From the NCBI GenBank assembly GCA_020431405.1, contig JAGQIK010000362.1, forward strand, positions 9,858 through 73,857: DNA of 64,000 bases, written 5' to 3'. Source of the stretch: Myxococcales bacterium. GTDB lineage: Bacteria > Myxococcota_A > Polyangia > GCA-2747355. The notes beneath the pieces are model-generated. The model was not told the DNA's origin and did no database searches. It worked only from the letters and a program-made list of their open reading frames with translations. Position 1 is the stretch's first letter, and each line of letters starts with the position of its first letter. This document shows positions 30,868 through 39,301 of this stretch, piece after piece. Made by a program: the position numbers and the translations under genes.

Positions 30868-33447
30868 TTAGCTCAGCATCCGTGCGAGCAGCTCCTCGCA
30901 GCCTGTGACCTCGTGCCCCTCGTTGCCCATGAACTCGTCGACCTGCGACACGGAATAGCCTCGCTGCCGCATCTCGCAATACTGCGCGAGCTCTGGCGAG
31001 ATCTCGAACACGCGTAGGGTCAGCGCGGCGCGCATGCAGTACTGGTCGCCGCTGCGCCAGACAGAGTACGGATTGCTGGTGTTGATGGGTTCGGCTGGCG
31101 GACCGCACTGCTCTACCGCGTCGTCGAACGTCAATCCGGCGTTCGCGACGAAGGGAATAGAGATCTCGAAGTTGTCGGTTGGCGCGCCGTCCTGCATGTG
31201 ACGATGAAGGTCGATGTAGATCTCGTGGCCGGTGTGGAACGCTTCTACGACCATGCTGCGCGTTGCCCGACGCCGTTGCAGGTCACAAAACTGCTCCTCG
31301 GAAAGCGGCGCCGTACACAGGCAGCGCGAGCATCGCTCGAATGCGACGCACGACTCGCAGCCTCTGCGTGCGGTCGTCTCGTTCAGGATCCGCTCGAACG
31401 CCTGCCCTACGGCGTCCATGCTCGGCGTGGTGGCATCGACCAGACCGCAGCCGCTCATGCATGGCGAGAAGCGCCCGCTGTCGTCAGAAAGGGCGACGAC
31501 AAACCCTTGCGTCGAAGGGCAGGGCTCGGCCGCCCAGCGGCAGCTGTCCAAGAACAAGAACCACGATTCTGTCAGCCAGCCAGGCATTCTGAGGTAGCCG
31601 GTACGAGCCGCGCGCGCGTTGAGTCGATCAAATGCCTCGAGGTCGTGCTCGTTGGCGACATCCAACAGCCATATGCAGTAGCGGTTGGAGCTGCGTGGCA
31701 GCGTCGCGGGCGGCTCGTCGACAAGCTCGCCATCGCCGTTTTCGATGAGCCTGATGCTGATCGTGGGGCTGTCACAGACCGCGTTGAGCGGGTCCTCCTT
31801 GCCGCGTGGCGCCGGAGTCTCGCTCGAGCGAGGCTTGCCGCCGAGGACCGTGACGTGCAGCGGGCTTGCTTCGAGCCAGTGCTCGTACGTGCTCAGTGGC
31901 TGTTCGGCGAAGCGGAACATCGGCGCAGTCGCGGGGGCGATGTCCATCAACGGTGTCGGATTGGTGACGGAGGCAACGGCCGGCATCATCAGCGTGTCGA
32001 GGTCGAGCGTGGGAGCGTGCAGTAGCGTTCGAACGCCAGGGATGATCAGTCCAACCATAGGAGCCGGATCCCATCGGTTCTCTATGACCTCCCAGACGTC
32101 ACCGATGTCGTATTCGGCGTCATGGATCTGCAGCAGGCTCTTCTCGAGACGCGGCAGGTATTCGTCTCGCCGCTGGTCGAACAGGAGGAGCCCTGGCACT
32201 AGGGCCAGCAGATTCTGGTTGGTGTCGTCTGCGCCGATCGATTTGGCGAAGCGCACCGTTTCGCGAAACTCGTCTGCGCTTTGGTCGGGAATGCCAAACA
32301 TCATTCCGCAGCCAGTATGAAACCCGATCTCGTTTGCTGTCGTCACGACGCTGCGAAGGCGCTCGAGGTAGCCTTCTTCGCGCTTGTACTCGCCGTCGAT
32401 ACCTCTCTTGTGCACGACCTTGCCGAGACGACGTAGCGTTTCGGGCCCCGACGACTCGAGACCGAACGTCACCATGCGGAAGCCGGCATCAAAGAGGTGC
32501 TGCAGCATCTCGCCATTGATGCTCTCGGCTCGCGTCTCGAAGCCGAAGTGGAGCGCGAACTGTTCGGCAGCCATTCGGTCGAGCAGCTCGTCGAGCTTGC
32601 TCTTTGGTCGAGCGGTGAAGAGCAGGTCCATCAAGAACATGATCTTCAGCTCGTGAAGGCCGGTGGTCTTGTCGATTCCCCGGAAGAGGCCGTGGTCTGC
32701 TTCGCCGCGCTTGTCAGCCGCGACGAACACGTCGTTGATGTGGCTGAGATCGTCGATGACCCGGTCGGTGGAGAAGTAGCGCATGCTCGCGACGTAGTTT
32801 CTGCAGTGGCAGAACCCGCACTTGTACGCGCAGCCGATGGAGGTCGTGTAGTAGTACGGATGGTGTCCATCATCTGCGCCGTACTTCCAAGGCGGTGGGA
32901 TGATGTCGAGCTCGGCAAATCGCTCGCACGCTGGCCACGGCTCCGCTGGCGTCTCGACGTATTCGGCCCCCTTGGGCTCGGTTCGAAATACTAAGCTGCC
33001 GACGCGGTCGAGCAGCCCACGCTTGGCGTCGGCGCGTTCGAATAGCGCAAGCACGGACCAGTAGGGGTCGTAGCGAACGCAGGCGTCGAGCGGCGGGTTG
33101 TTGTCGAGGAACCAGGCAGGTTCGTGGGTCGCGTAGTCGCCCGACGCGATCTGCAGGATGTCCGGGCGACGCTCTCGCAACCCAGCGCCGAGCCATTTCA
33201 TCAGAAAATACAGCTGGGTTCCGGATGGTTGCCGGGGCGATTCGACGAAGAAGTGAACCACCTTGAGGTTGCGGTTCTCGCACAGCTCGTCGAGCAGCGC
33301 CCGTCTCGACTGGTGCAGCGACAGCACGACGCAGCCGGCTGTCCGGATCCCGCGGCTTTCGAGGATGCTTCGGCAGAAGCTCGCCTCGCGCAGACTGGCC
33401 GCGACGGTGCCGGCCCCGTCAGTAACTGCGAGGTATGTGCATGTCAT
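30868..33447 (-). CDS. B12-binding radical SAM enzyme with a C-terminal Cys-rich extension of about 350 aa.
   Basis: SIGCAYKCGFCHC (CxxxCxxC). An …FGLESSGPETLRRLGK… core. C-terminal CESCVAFERCSRCLC cluster (SPASM/twitch-like). Start is uncertain: ATG at 33447 or GTG at 33483. Confidence 0.65.
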   Translation of the reverse strand: MTCTYLAVTDGAGTVAASLREASFCRSILESRGIRTAGCVVLSLHQSRRALLDELCENRNLKVVHFFVESPRQPSGTQLYFLMKWLGAGLRERRPDILQIASGDYATHEPAWFLDNNPPLDACVRYDPYWSVLALFERADAKRGLLDRVGSLVFRTEPKGAEYVETPAEPWPACERFAELDIIPPPWKYGADDGHHPYYYTTSIGCAYKCGFCHCRNYVASMRYFSTDRVIDDLSHINDVFVAADKRGEADHGLFRGIDKTTGLHELKIMFLMDLLFTARPKSKLDELLDRMAAEQFALHFGFETRAESINGEMLQHLFDAGFRMVTFGLESSGPETLRRLGKVVHKRGIDGEYKREEGYLERLRSVVTTANEIGFHTGCGMMFGIPDQSADEFRETVRFAKSIGADDTNQNLLALVPGLLLFDQRRDEYLPRLEKSLLQIHDAEYDIGDVWEVIENRWDPAPMVGLIIPGVRTLLHAPTLDLDTLMMPAVASVTNPTPLMDIAPATAPMFRFAEQPLSTYEHWLEASPLHVTVLGGKPRSSETPAPRGKEDPLNAVCDSPTISIRLIENGDGELVDEPPATLPRSSNRYCIWLLDVANEHDLEAFDRLNARAARTGYLRMPGWLTESWFLFLDSCRWAAEPCPSTQGFVVALSDDSGRFSPCMSGCGLVDATTPSMDAVGQAFERILNETTARRGCESCVAFERCSRCLCTAPLSEEQFCDLQRRRATRSMVVEAFHTGHEIYIDLHRHMQDGAPTDNFEISIPFVANAGLTFDDAVEQCGPPAEPINTSNPYSVWRSGDQYCMRAALTLRVFEISPELAQYCEMRQRGYSVSQVDEFMGNEGHEVTGCEELLARMLS

Positions 33448-33507
33448 GGGGAATACAATACGACATCCCGCAGTAAGATCCACGCGCAGTGTGCGTCACA
33501 GAAAAAA

Positions 33508-33545
33508 AAAGGCCGCGGCAGTGTGCCGCGGCCTTTTCTTCTTTA
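33508..33545. terminator. Strong bidirectional rho-independent terminator.
   Basis: AAAAAAAAA-GGCCGCGGCA-gtg-TGCCGCGGCC-TTTTCTTCTTT. Perfect 10-bp GC stem flanked by an A-run and a T-run. Confidence 0.65.
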
Positions 33546-33562
33546 GCGGAGCCTAGCGGAGC

Positions 33563-35149
33563 TTAGTGTCCGCAGTTTCCGTGGCCCTGCTTCTTCGGCA
33601 GGCGATCGCGGCCCACCTGGGCGAGCGAGTCGAGCACGGTCGCTTGGGTCGCAGAGAGCGCGCCGTGTTGCTTGAGCCGCTTGACGCGGCGCTGGTACGA
33701 CTTCAGCACCGCGCTGGCTGCGCGGTAGCGGCCGTGGTCGGCGTGCTTGATGGCGAGGTTGATCTTGAGCTGCAGCAGGTTCTGCGTCGAGCCGGACGTG
33801 AACAGAGCCGTGTAGTCGCTCAGGCCCGCATCAAACGCGTCGACAAGGTGGTCCTTCGTCGCGACGCTGCCGCGGAAGGGGCCCTGCAGCACCGGGCCGA
33901 TGGGCGTGAGCGTGTTGCTGGCGAACGACCAGTTGGTCGCGGCGGCCGGCGGCGTGGGGAACGGCTTGCGCGGGTGCACGGCGACGAGCGTGGTGTTGTC
34001 AGGCGTGACGTCCGCTTCGGACGGACCGCTCGCGTAGTTGCTGGCAGGCGTGACCGTGACCGTCACATTGCTGAAGGTCGGATCCGACAGGCCGCTCACC
34101 ACCGCGAACACGCCGGTGGAGTTCATCACCGCGCGATCGCAATCGGGGGCCACAGCGACTTGGACCAGCTCAGGCGGAACGCCGTCGGCGGGGCCGAGCG
34201 TCTTGACGATCTGCAGGTTGCCCGACTTGATTCCCTTGATCAGGAAGATGCGCGCGTCGGGGCTGGATACGGGCGGCGTGAAGACGCCGGAGACGGGCAT
34301 GATGGCCGAGTCGCCGTCGCAGAGCAGCGCGGCCTCGCCGAGAGCCTTGCCGGTCGGCTGTCCAGCGAACTGGGGTAGCGGCGGCAGGGCGGGGTTGGTG
34401 TCGGGCAGAAGCAGGTTGCCGGTGACGACGGGCGTCGAGTCGGGGTGCACGTTCTCGAGGACGAGGAGACGACGCTCCTGGCCGAAGATGACGCCGGGAG
34501 GCGGCCCACCCGGATACGTGCCAACCGTTGCCAAGAGCTGCTTGCCGTCGTGGCTGAACTGCTGGCTCTCGACCACTGCCGCGGAGGCAGCGCTCACGCC
34601 GAGGTTGAACGTGTAAGCGACAGTGGGGTTGTTGGGTAGGCCGGAGATGACGGTGATCTTGGCGTCGGGCACGAAGTCGTAGCCAACGCTCAGATAGGTG
34701 CCGTCCGGTGAGAAGGCGAACGAGAGCGTCGGGTGCGGCAGTGGAACTGCAGCAATCTCATGGGGGTTACCCGACTTCAGGCCACCGATGATGATCGCGC
34801 GATTGCCACTGGGGCCGCGGCCAGCCATCACTGCGGTGTCGCCATCGGGCGAAACCTCGAGGGCGCCAACGAAGCCGCCCGCGGGCTGGAACACGTTGGC
34901 CACTGCCAGAGTGCTCTTGATGCCCGAGAGGGTGATGAACGAGTCGTTGCCGGGGGGCGGTGACTGAGTGAACTGGGCGTCTACGGCGTAGACGTGGTCG
35001 GAGTCGTGCTTCTTGAGGAAGTCCAGGATACCCGCCGATGACGAGTGTACCGCCTGAACTTCACGTCCGATCTTGTTCTGTTGCGGGTGAGAGCAGCCCA
35101 GGAGCCCGATCGGGGCAAGGAGGGCCAGAGAGAGCAATCCCTTGTGCAT
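33563..35149 (-). CDS. Lipoprotein with beta-propeller-like repeats (hypothetical).
   Basis: Lipobox LLGCS. Repeated …SPDG… blade-like motifs. GAGGA Shine-Dalgarno before the ATG at 35149. Confidence 0.4.
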   Translation of the reverse strand: MHKGLLSLALLAPIGLLGCSHPQQNKIGREVQAVHSSSAGILDFLKKHDSDHVYAVDAQFTQSPPPGNDSFITLSGIKSTLAVANVFQPAGGFVGALEVSPDGDTAVMAGRGPSGNRAIIIGGLKSGNPHEIAAVPLPHPTLSFAFSPDGTYLSVGYDFVPDAKITVISGLPNNPTVAYTFNLGVSAASAAVVESQQFSHDGKQLLATVGTYPGGPPPGVIFGQERRLLVLENVHPDSTPVVTGNLLLPDTNPALPPLPQFAGQPTGKALGEAALLCDGDSAIMPVSGVFTPPVSSPDARIFLIKGIKSGNLQIVKTLGPADGVPPELVQVAVAPDCDRAVMNSTGVFAVVSGLSDPTFSNVTVTVTPASNYASGPSEADVTPDNTTLVAVHPRKPFPTPPAAATNWSFASNTLTPIGPVLQGPFRGSVATKDHLVDAFDAGLSDYTALFTSGSTQNLLQLKINLAIKHADHGRYRAASAVLKSYQRRVKRLKQHGALSATQATVLDSLAQVGRDRLPKKQGHGNCGH

Positions 35150-35366
35150 GTTGATCCTCAGGTCGTGTGTGATCACCCATAGCAGCGCCTTAGGGTGGCA
35201 CAGAGCTCCGACTAGCTTTCGCTGAGGCGGTGCATCCCGAAGTCGTGTTCGAAGTACGGATCAGACTAGCATGGAAATACAGCCCGTAAAGGGGCAATCG
35301 CAGAAAAATTTGTCTGCTAGATTACGGACGATAGGCGGCGAGAAAGGAAGTCGCGCGCCTGGCGCA

Positions 35367-37160
35367 TCACTTCGTAATCACGATGATTACCACGCGACGA
35401 TTGAGCCGACGGTTGGCGTCGCTGGTGTTGGGCTTGAGCGGACGCGTCGCGCCATAGCCAACGGCCTGAAGCTGCTTGGCGGGGACACCCTGCTTGATCA
35501 GGAAGGCCCGTACGGAAGCCGCGCGTTTGGCGGACAGCCGATAGTTGGTTCGGCGTCGCCCCGACGAGTCCGAGTGGCCCTCGATGCGCAGCAGCGGCTT
35601 GCCCGGATGCGCCTTGATCCGAGCGGCGACCTGCTTGAGGCTCGTCTTGGCCGCGGCGTCGAGCGTGGTCTTGCCCTGATCGAAGTAGTAAATCTCTGGA
35701 ATTGCTAGCGCCTTGACCTGGGGCTTGGGCGGCGTGTCCGGGCAACCGTCAGCATCCTTGTAGCCGTTTACCGTCTCTGGCTCGTTAGGGCACTTGTCGA
35801 CCGAGTCAGCGATGCCGTCGCCATCATTGTCATTGTCCGGGCAGCCATCCTCGTCCTGGAAGCCGTCCTTGTCCTCGGGCTCGGTCGGGCACTTATCGAC
35901 GTTGTCGTTGATGCCATCGCCATCGGTGTCCGAGACCTTCGCCGGGCAACCGTCGGGGGTCTTCGCGTACACGAGCGGGCACTTGTCCTGCTTGTCGGGG
36001 ACGCCGTCGTTGTCGTTGTCAGGATCTGGGCAGCCGTCGTCATCGAGGAACCCATCGCGGTCCTCGGCCTGGGACGGACACTTGTCTACGCTGTCATCGA
36101 TCCCATCGCCATCGGAGTCTTTGAGCGCCTTGGCGCCCACTGCGAAGTCGTAGGTCAGCCCAGCGAATGCGCGTGCTCGTCCAGCGCCGTAGCCGCGCAC
36201 CAGACCAGCACCACCGCCGGCGACCAGACCGAAGTTCTCGGTGGCACGCCAGCGCACGGCGGCGAGCGCCTCGAGGGGGGTCTCACGGGTGCGGCCGTTG
36301 AACGCGAGCAGCGTCGCACCCCAGACCTCGGCGACGATCGTCAGCGATGGCAGCACGCGATAGTCCATGCCCAAGCCGAACAGGAACTCGTTGCCGATCT
36401 TGAGCTCGTCGTCGTCGGGCAGGAACACGAACGAACGTTGGAATCTTGCTCCCAGGTTCGCTGCCACGCGGAACGGGCCAGAGACGAAATCGACCATCAG
36501 GCGCGGAGCGACCGTCACCGCGATCGAGTTGTCTGCGATGTATCGGGTGCTCTCGCCAAAATCATCGGGGGTGTTGTTGTAGCCGCGGAACGGCCCGCCG
36601 CTGTCGATCGGCAACGTCAGGTCCACGCCGACCGCGAGCCCCAGCCCGCCACTGCGGTTCCTCAGAATCGTCCCCTTGAGGGACAGGATCATGTCGTTGA
36701 AGCCGCCACCGTAGAGATCGCTGGCCATGCCGATCTCGCTGTCGGAGCGACAATCACGGTTGGGCGCCCTCAGATTGTCCTCCTTGGGCGGCGGATTATC
36801 GGCCTTCCCGCACACTTCCGTGATCGTGTAGGGGAACGCGACCCCGATCTGCAGTCGGTCGAACAGACCGAACGAAATACCGACAGAGTGGGCGACGAGG
36901 GCCTGCACCCAGCTCTTCTTCGATTCGTTCTTGCCGAACAGACGCAGCGGGCTCTCGGCGTACGTGGCGTAGTACGAGATCGAGAAGCTGAGGTGCTTGT
37001 TGGGGACGGAGGGCTCGACCGTGATGAAGCGGCCCGCGCCCATCGCTTGCGAGAAGCGCTGGATATTGAAGAGACGATCGCGGGAGCTAATCTCCTGCGC
37101 CGAGGCCTCGGACGAGAAAAGCAAAGCCGCGACGAGGCACCAGACGGGCGGCTTAAGCAT
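35367..37160 (-). CDS. OmpA-family outer-membrane protein with TSP3 repeats. It is a paralogue of 4595..6649.
   Basis: Signal peptide. DSDGDGIDDSVDKCP-type TSP3 repeats. C-terminal OmpA domain (…GHSDSSGRRRTNYRLSAKRAASV…). Confidence 0.7.
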   Translation of the reverse strand: MLKPPVWCLVAALLFSSEASAQEISSRDRLFNIQRFSQAMGAGRFITVEPSVPNKHLSFSISYYATYAESPLRLFGKNESKKSWVQALVAHSVGISFGLFDRLQIGVAFPYTITEVCGKADNPPPKEDNLRAPNRDCRSDSEIGMASDLYGGGFNDMILSLKGTILRNRSGGLGLAVGVDLTLPIDSGGPFRGYNNTPDDFGESTRYIADNSIAVTVAPRLMVDFVSGPFRVAANLGARFQRSFVFLPDDDELKIGNEFLFGLGMDYRVLPSLTIVAEVWGATLLAFNGRTRETPLEALAAVRWRATENFGLVAGGGAGLVRGYGAGRARAFAGLTYDFAVGAKALKDSDGDGIDDSVDKCPSQAEDRDGFLDDDGCPDPDNDNDGVPDKQDKCPLVYAKTPDGCPAKVSDTDGDGINDNVDKCPTEPEDKDGFQDEDGCPDNDNDGDGIADSVDKCPNEPETVNGYKDADGCPDTPPKPQVKALAIPEIYYFDQGKTTLDAAAKTSLKQVAARIKAHPGKPLLRIEGHSDSSGRRRTNYRLSAKRAASVRAFLIKQGVPAKQLQAVGYGATRPLKPNTSDANRRLNRRVVIIVITK

Positions 37161-37213
37161 CGCCCCATGATACAGCTGCGGCACCGTGTGTCAAACAAAC
37201 ACGCAGCATTGCA

Positions 37214-37576
37214 CTACTTCGGTTGCTCTCTCGCGCTTCGCTTGAGCTCGCGGACTCTCGACCGCAAAAACTGCTCGAGGTGGGCGCGGTGGGCGTTGCC
37301 AATACGGGTGAGCTCGACGCCGGCTCCTTCTCCAGGGGCAAGCCACGTCACTCTCGCTTCGACCTCGATACGAACCCCCTCAAGATCGATCGACAGCTTC
37401 AGGTTCTGCTTCAGCTCGAGCGCTTGCTCGGTCGAGACGAAGAACCCCGTGCGGCTCAGGTTGGTGACACGACCGGACACCGAATCGTCGATGCGGGCGT
37501 CGTACTCGCCGCTCACACGGACGAGCTCGAGCAGCTCCTCGCTAGGGTCCAGGTCCGAGTTGGGCTGGTCGGTCAT
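37214..37576 (-). CDS. PilZ-domain-like protein.
   Basis: About 120 aa from the internal ATG. DDSVSGRVTNLSRTGFFV resembles the PilZ DxSxGG region. Confidence 0.35.
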   Translation of the reverse strand: MTDQPNSDLDPSEELLELVRVSGEYDARIDDSVSGRVTNLSRTGFFVSTEQALELKQNLKLSIDLEGVRIEVEARVTWLAPGEGAGVELTRIGNAHRAHLEQFLRSRVRELKRSAREQPK

Positions 37577-37662
37577 GGGTCGCTGAGAGAACAGACGCTC
37601 GCGAGTACGATGGGGTACATTCCACCGCTCGCGCTGCGTTTTTGCAGCCTCGAGGAGGCAAC

Positions 37663-38670
37663 ATGGCGATAGTACCACAGTCCGATTCGCGCGCGCCGCT
37701 GGTCGCCGACATCATCGCGACGCTCTCAGCGGCCGCGAAGATGTCGCGAGCTCTGCAACAGGGGGTGGAGCGTTTGCGCGTCGCCCTCAAGGATGACCGC
37801 AGCCCGGTGACTGTCGCCGACCTCGCGGTGCAGGGACTCGTCGCAGCGCGACTCGCATCGAGCGAGGTGCCGATCGTCGGCGAAGAGCGCGCCGACCTCT
37901 TGCGTCGCGCTGAAGCCTCCGCGCTCACCGACGCTGTCGTCGACGCAGTCTCCGGTCCGGGAGGCTTGCCGATCGCACGTGCCGAGCTGCTCGAGGCGAT
38001 CGACTCGGCCTGCCACGATGGCAGTGCCGAGCGCTACTGGACGCTCGATCCCATCGACGGCACGAAGGGTTTCCTGCGTGGCCAGCACTACGCCATCGCT
38101 CTCGCGCTGATCGAGGGAGGCGAGGTCACCCTGGGAGCGCTGTGCTGTCCCAATCTCGGCGTCGACCCCAACGTCGTCGACTCGGCCGGGACGTTGTATG
38201 TCGCCCTGGCGGGCGCTGGTGCTTGGCAGCTGCCGGGCGGGGACGTCGAGCGTGCGGTACGGATCAAAGCCCGCTCGATCGCTTCGGGTGACGCGCTGCA
38301 GGTTTGCGAGTCGGTAGAGTCGGCACACTCGAAGCATGCCGACGCCGCTCGTATTGTGGCTCACGTGCCATTCGTCGCTGGCGAGCCAGTGCGCATGGAT
38401 AGCCAGTGCAAGTACGCGCTCGTCGCGCGTGGGGATGCCCACGCGTACCTACGCCTCCCCACGCGCGCAGACTACCGCGAGAAGATCTGGGATCACGCGG
38501 CGGGTTTGATCGTGGCTCGGGAGGCCGACGCAGTCGTCACCGACGTGCATGGGAAGGCGCTCGATTTCCGACATGGTCGGACACTCGAACAAAATCGCGG
38601 CGTGATCTGCGCCAGTCGCGGTGCGCATCAGCCCTTGGTTGATGCCTGCCAGCAGTTGGGCATTGGGTGA
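37663..38670 (+). CDS. 3'(2'),5'-bisphosphate nucleotidase (PAP phosphatase), CysQ/HAL2 / inositol monophosphatase family.
   Basis: WTLDPIDGTKGF metal-binding motif. About 335 aa. GAGGAGG Shine-Dalgarno before the ATG at 37663. Confidence 0.55.
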   Translation: MAIVPQSDSRAPLVADIIATLSAAAKMSRALQQGVERLRVALKDDRSPVTVADLAVQGLVAARLASSEVPIVGEERADLLRRAEASALTDAVVDAVSGPGGLPIARAELLEAIDSACHDGSAERYWTLDPIDGTKGFLRGQHYAIALALIEGGEVTLGALCCPNLGVDPNVVDSAGTLYVALAGAGAWQLPGGDVERAVRIKARSIASGDALQVCESVESAHSKHADAARIVAHVPFVAGEPVRMDSQCKYALVARGDAHAYLRLPTRADYREKIWDHAAGLIVAREADAVVTDVHGKALDFRHGRTLEQNRGVICASRGAHQPLVDACQQLGIG

Positions 38671-38713
38671 CGGTGGCCCCCACCTGTTGCGTTCCGAGCG
38701 TCCGACTACCACA

Positions 38714-39301
38714 ATGAGACGGATGCCATGGATGTCGCGGCAGACCGCCAGCGCCATAGTTTTCATGGCGTTGGCGTGCCCGTTGTGGGGCTGTGCCTAT
38801 TTCTTCGACGCGGACGCGACCACGCGCGAGTTTCGGCGGGCGTTGCGTCTGCAGCGGCGCGGCCACGACGAAGCGGCCCTCGTTGCCTACGGCGCGCTCG
38901 CGCCGCGCGCTCGCCGGCTCGAAGGCGCGCTCAACAACATGGCCCTGATCTTCGCACGCCGTGGCGACGTCGCTCGGGCCGAGCAGTTGCTGAGGCTCGG
39001 TACGCGTGTTGGCGCTAACAACTGCACCGTTTGGCTGAATCTGGGCCTCGTGCTCGCCACGCGCGGTCAGGTGCGCGAGGCGCGCTGGGCTTGGCAGCAG
39101 GTGCGCGCCGCGCGCGATCGTCTGCTCGACAGCGCGCCAGCGTCGCGCCATCAGATCTACACGTCGTCGATCATGCGGCGCAGCCATGCCGCGATCGCGC
39201 GCGCCGAACGCTATCTCAGGGGCACGCGCGCGAGCACGAGGCCGCGACGCGAGTCCTACGCGCTCGTCTTGCTAACGGCCCAGACTTCGACCTCGCAGTA
39301 G
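38714..39301 (+). CDS. TPR-like lipoprotein (hypothetical).
   Basis: Signal plus lipobox (FMALACPLWGCA). TPR-like helices. Confidence 0.35.
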   Translation: MRRMPWMSRQTASAIVFMALACPLWGCAYFFDADATTREFRRALRLQRRGHDEAALVAYGALAPRARRLEGALNNMALIFARRGDVARAEQLLRLGTRVGANNCTVWLNLGLVLATRGQVREARWAWQQVRAARDRLLDSAPASRHQIYTSSIMRRSHAAIARAERYLRGTRASTRPRRESYALVLLTAQTSTSQ

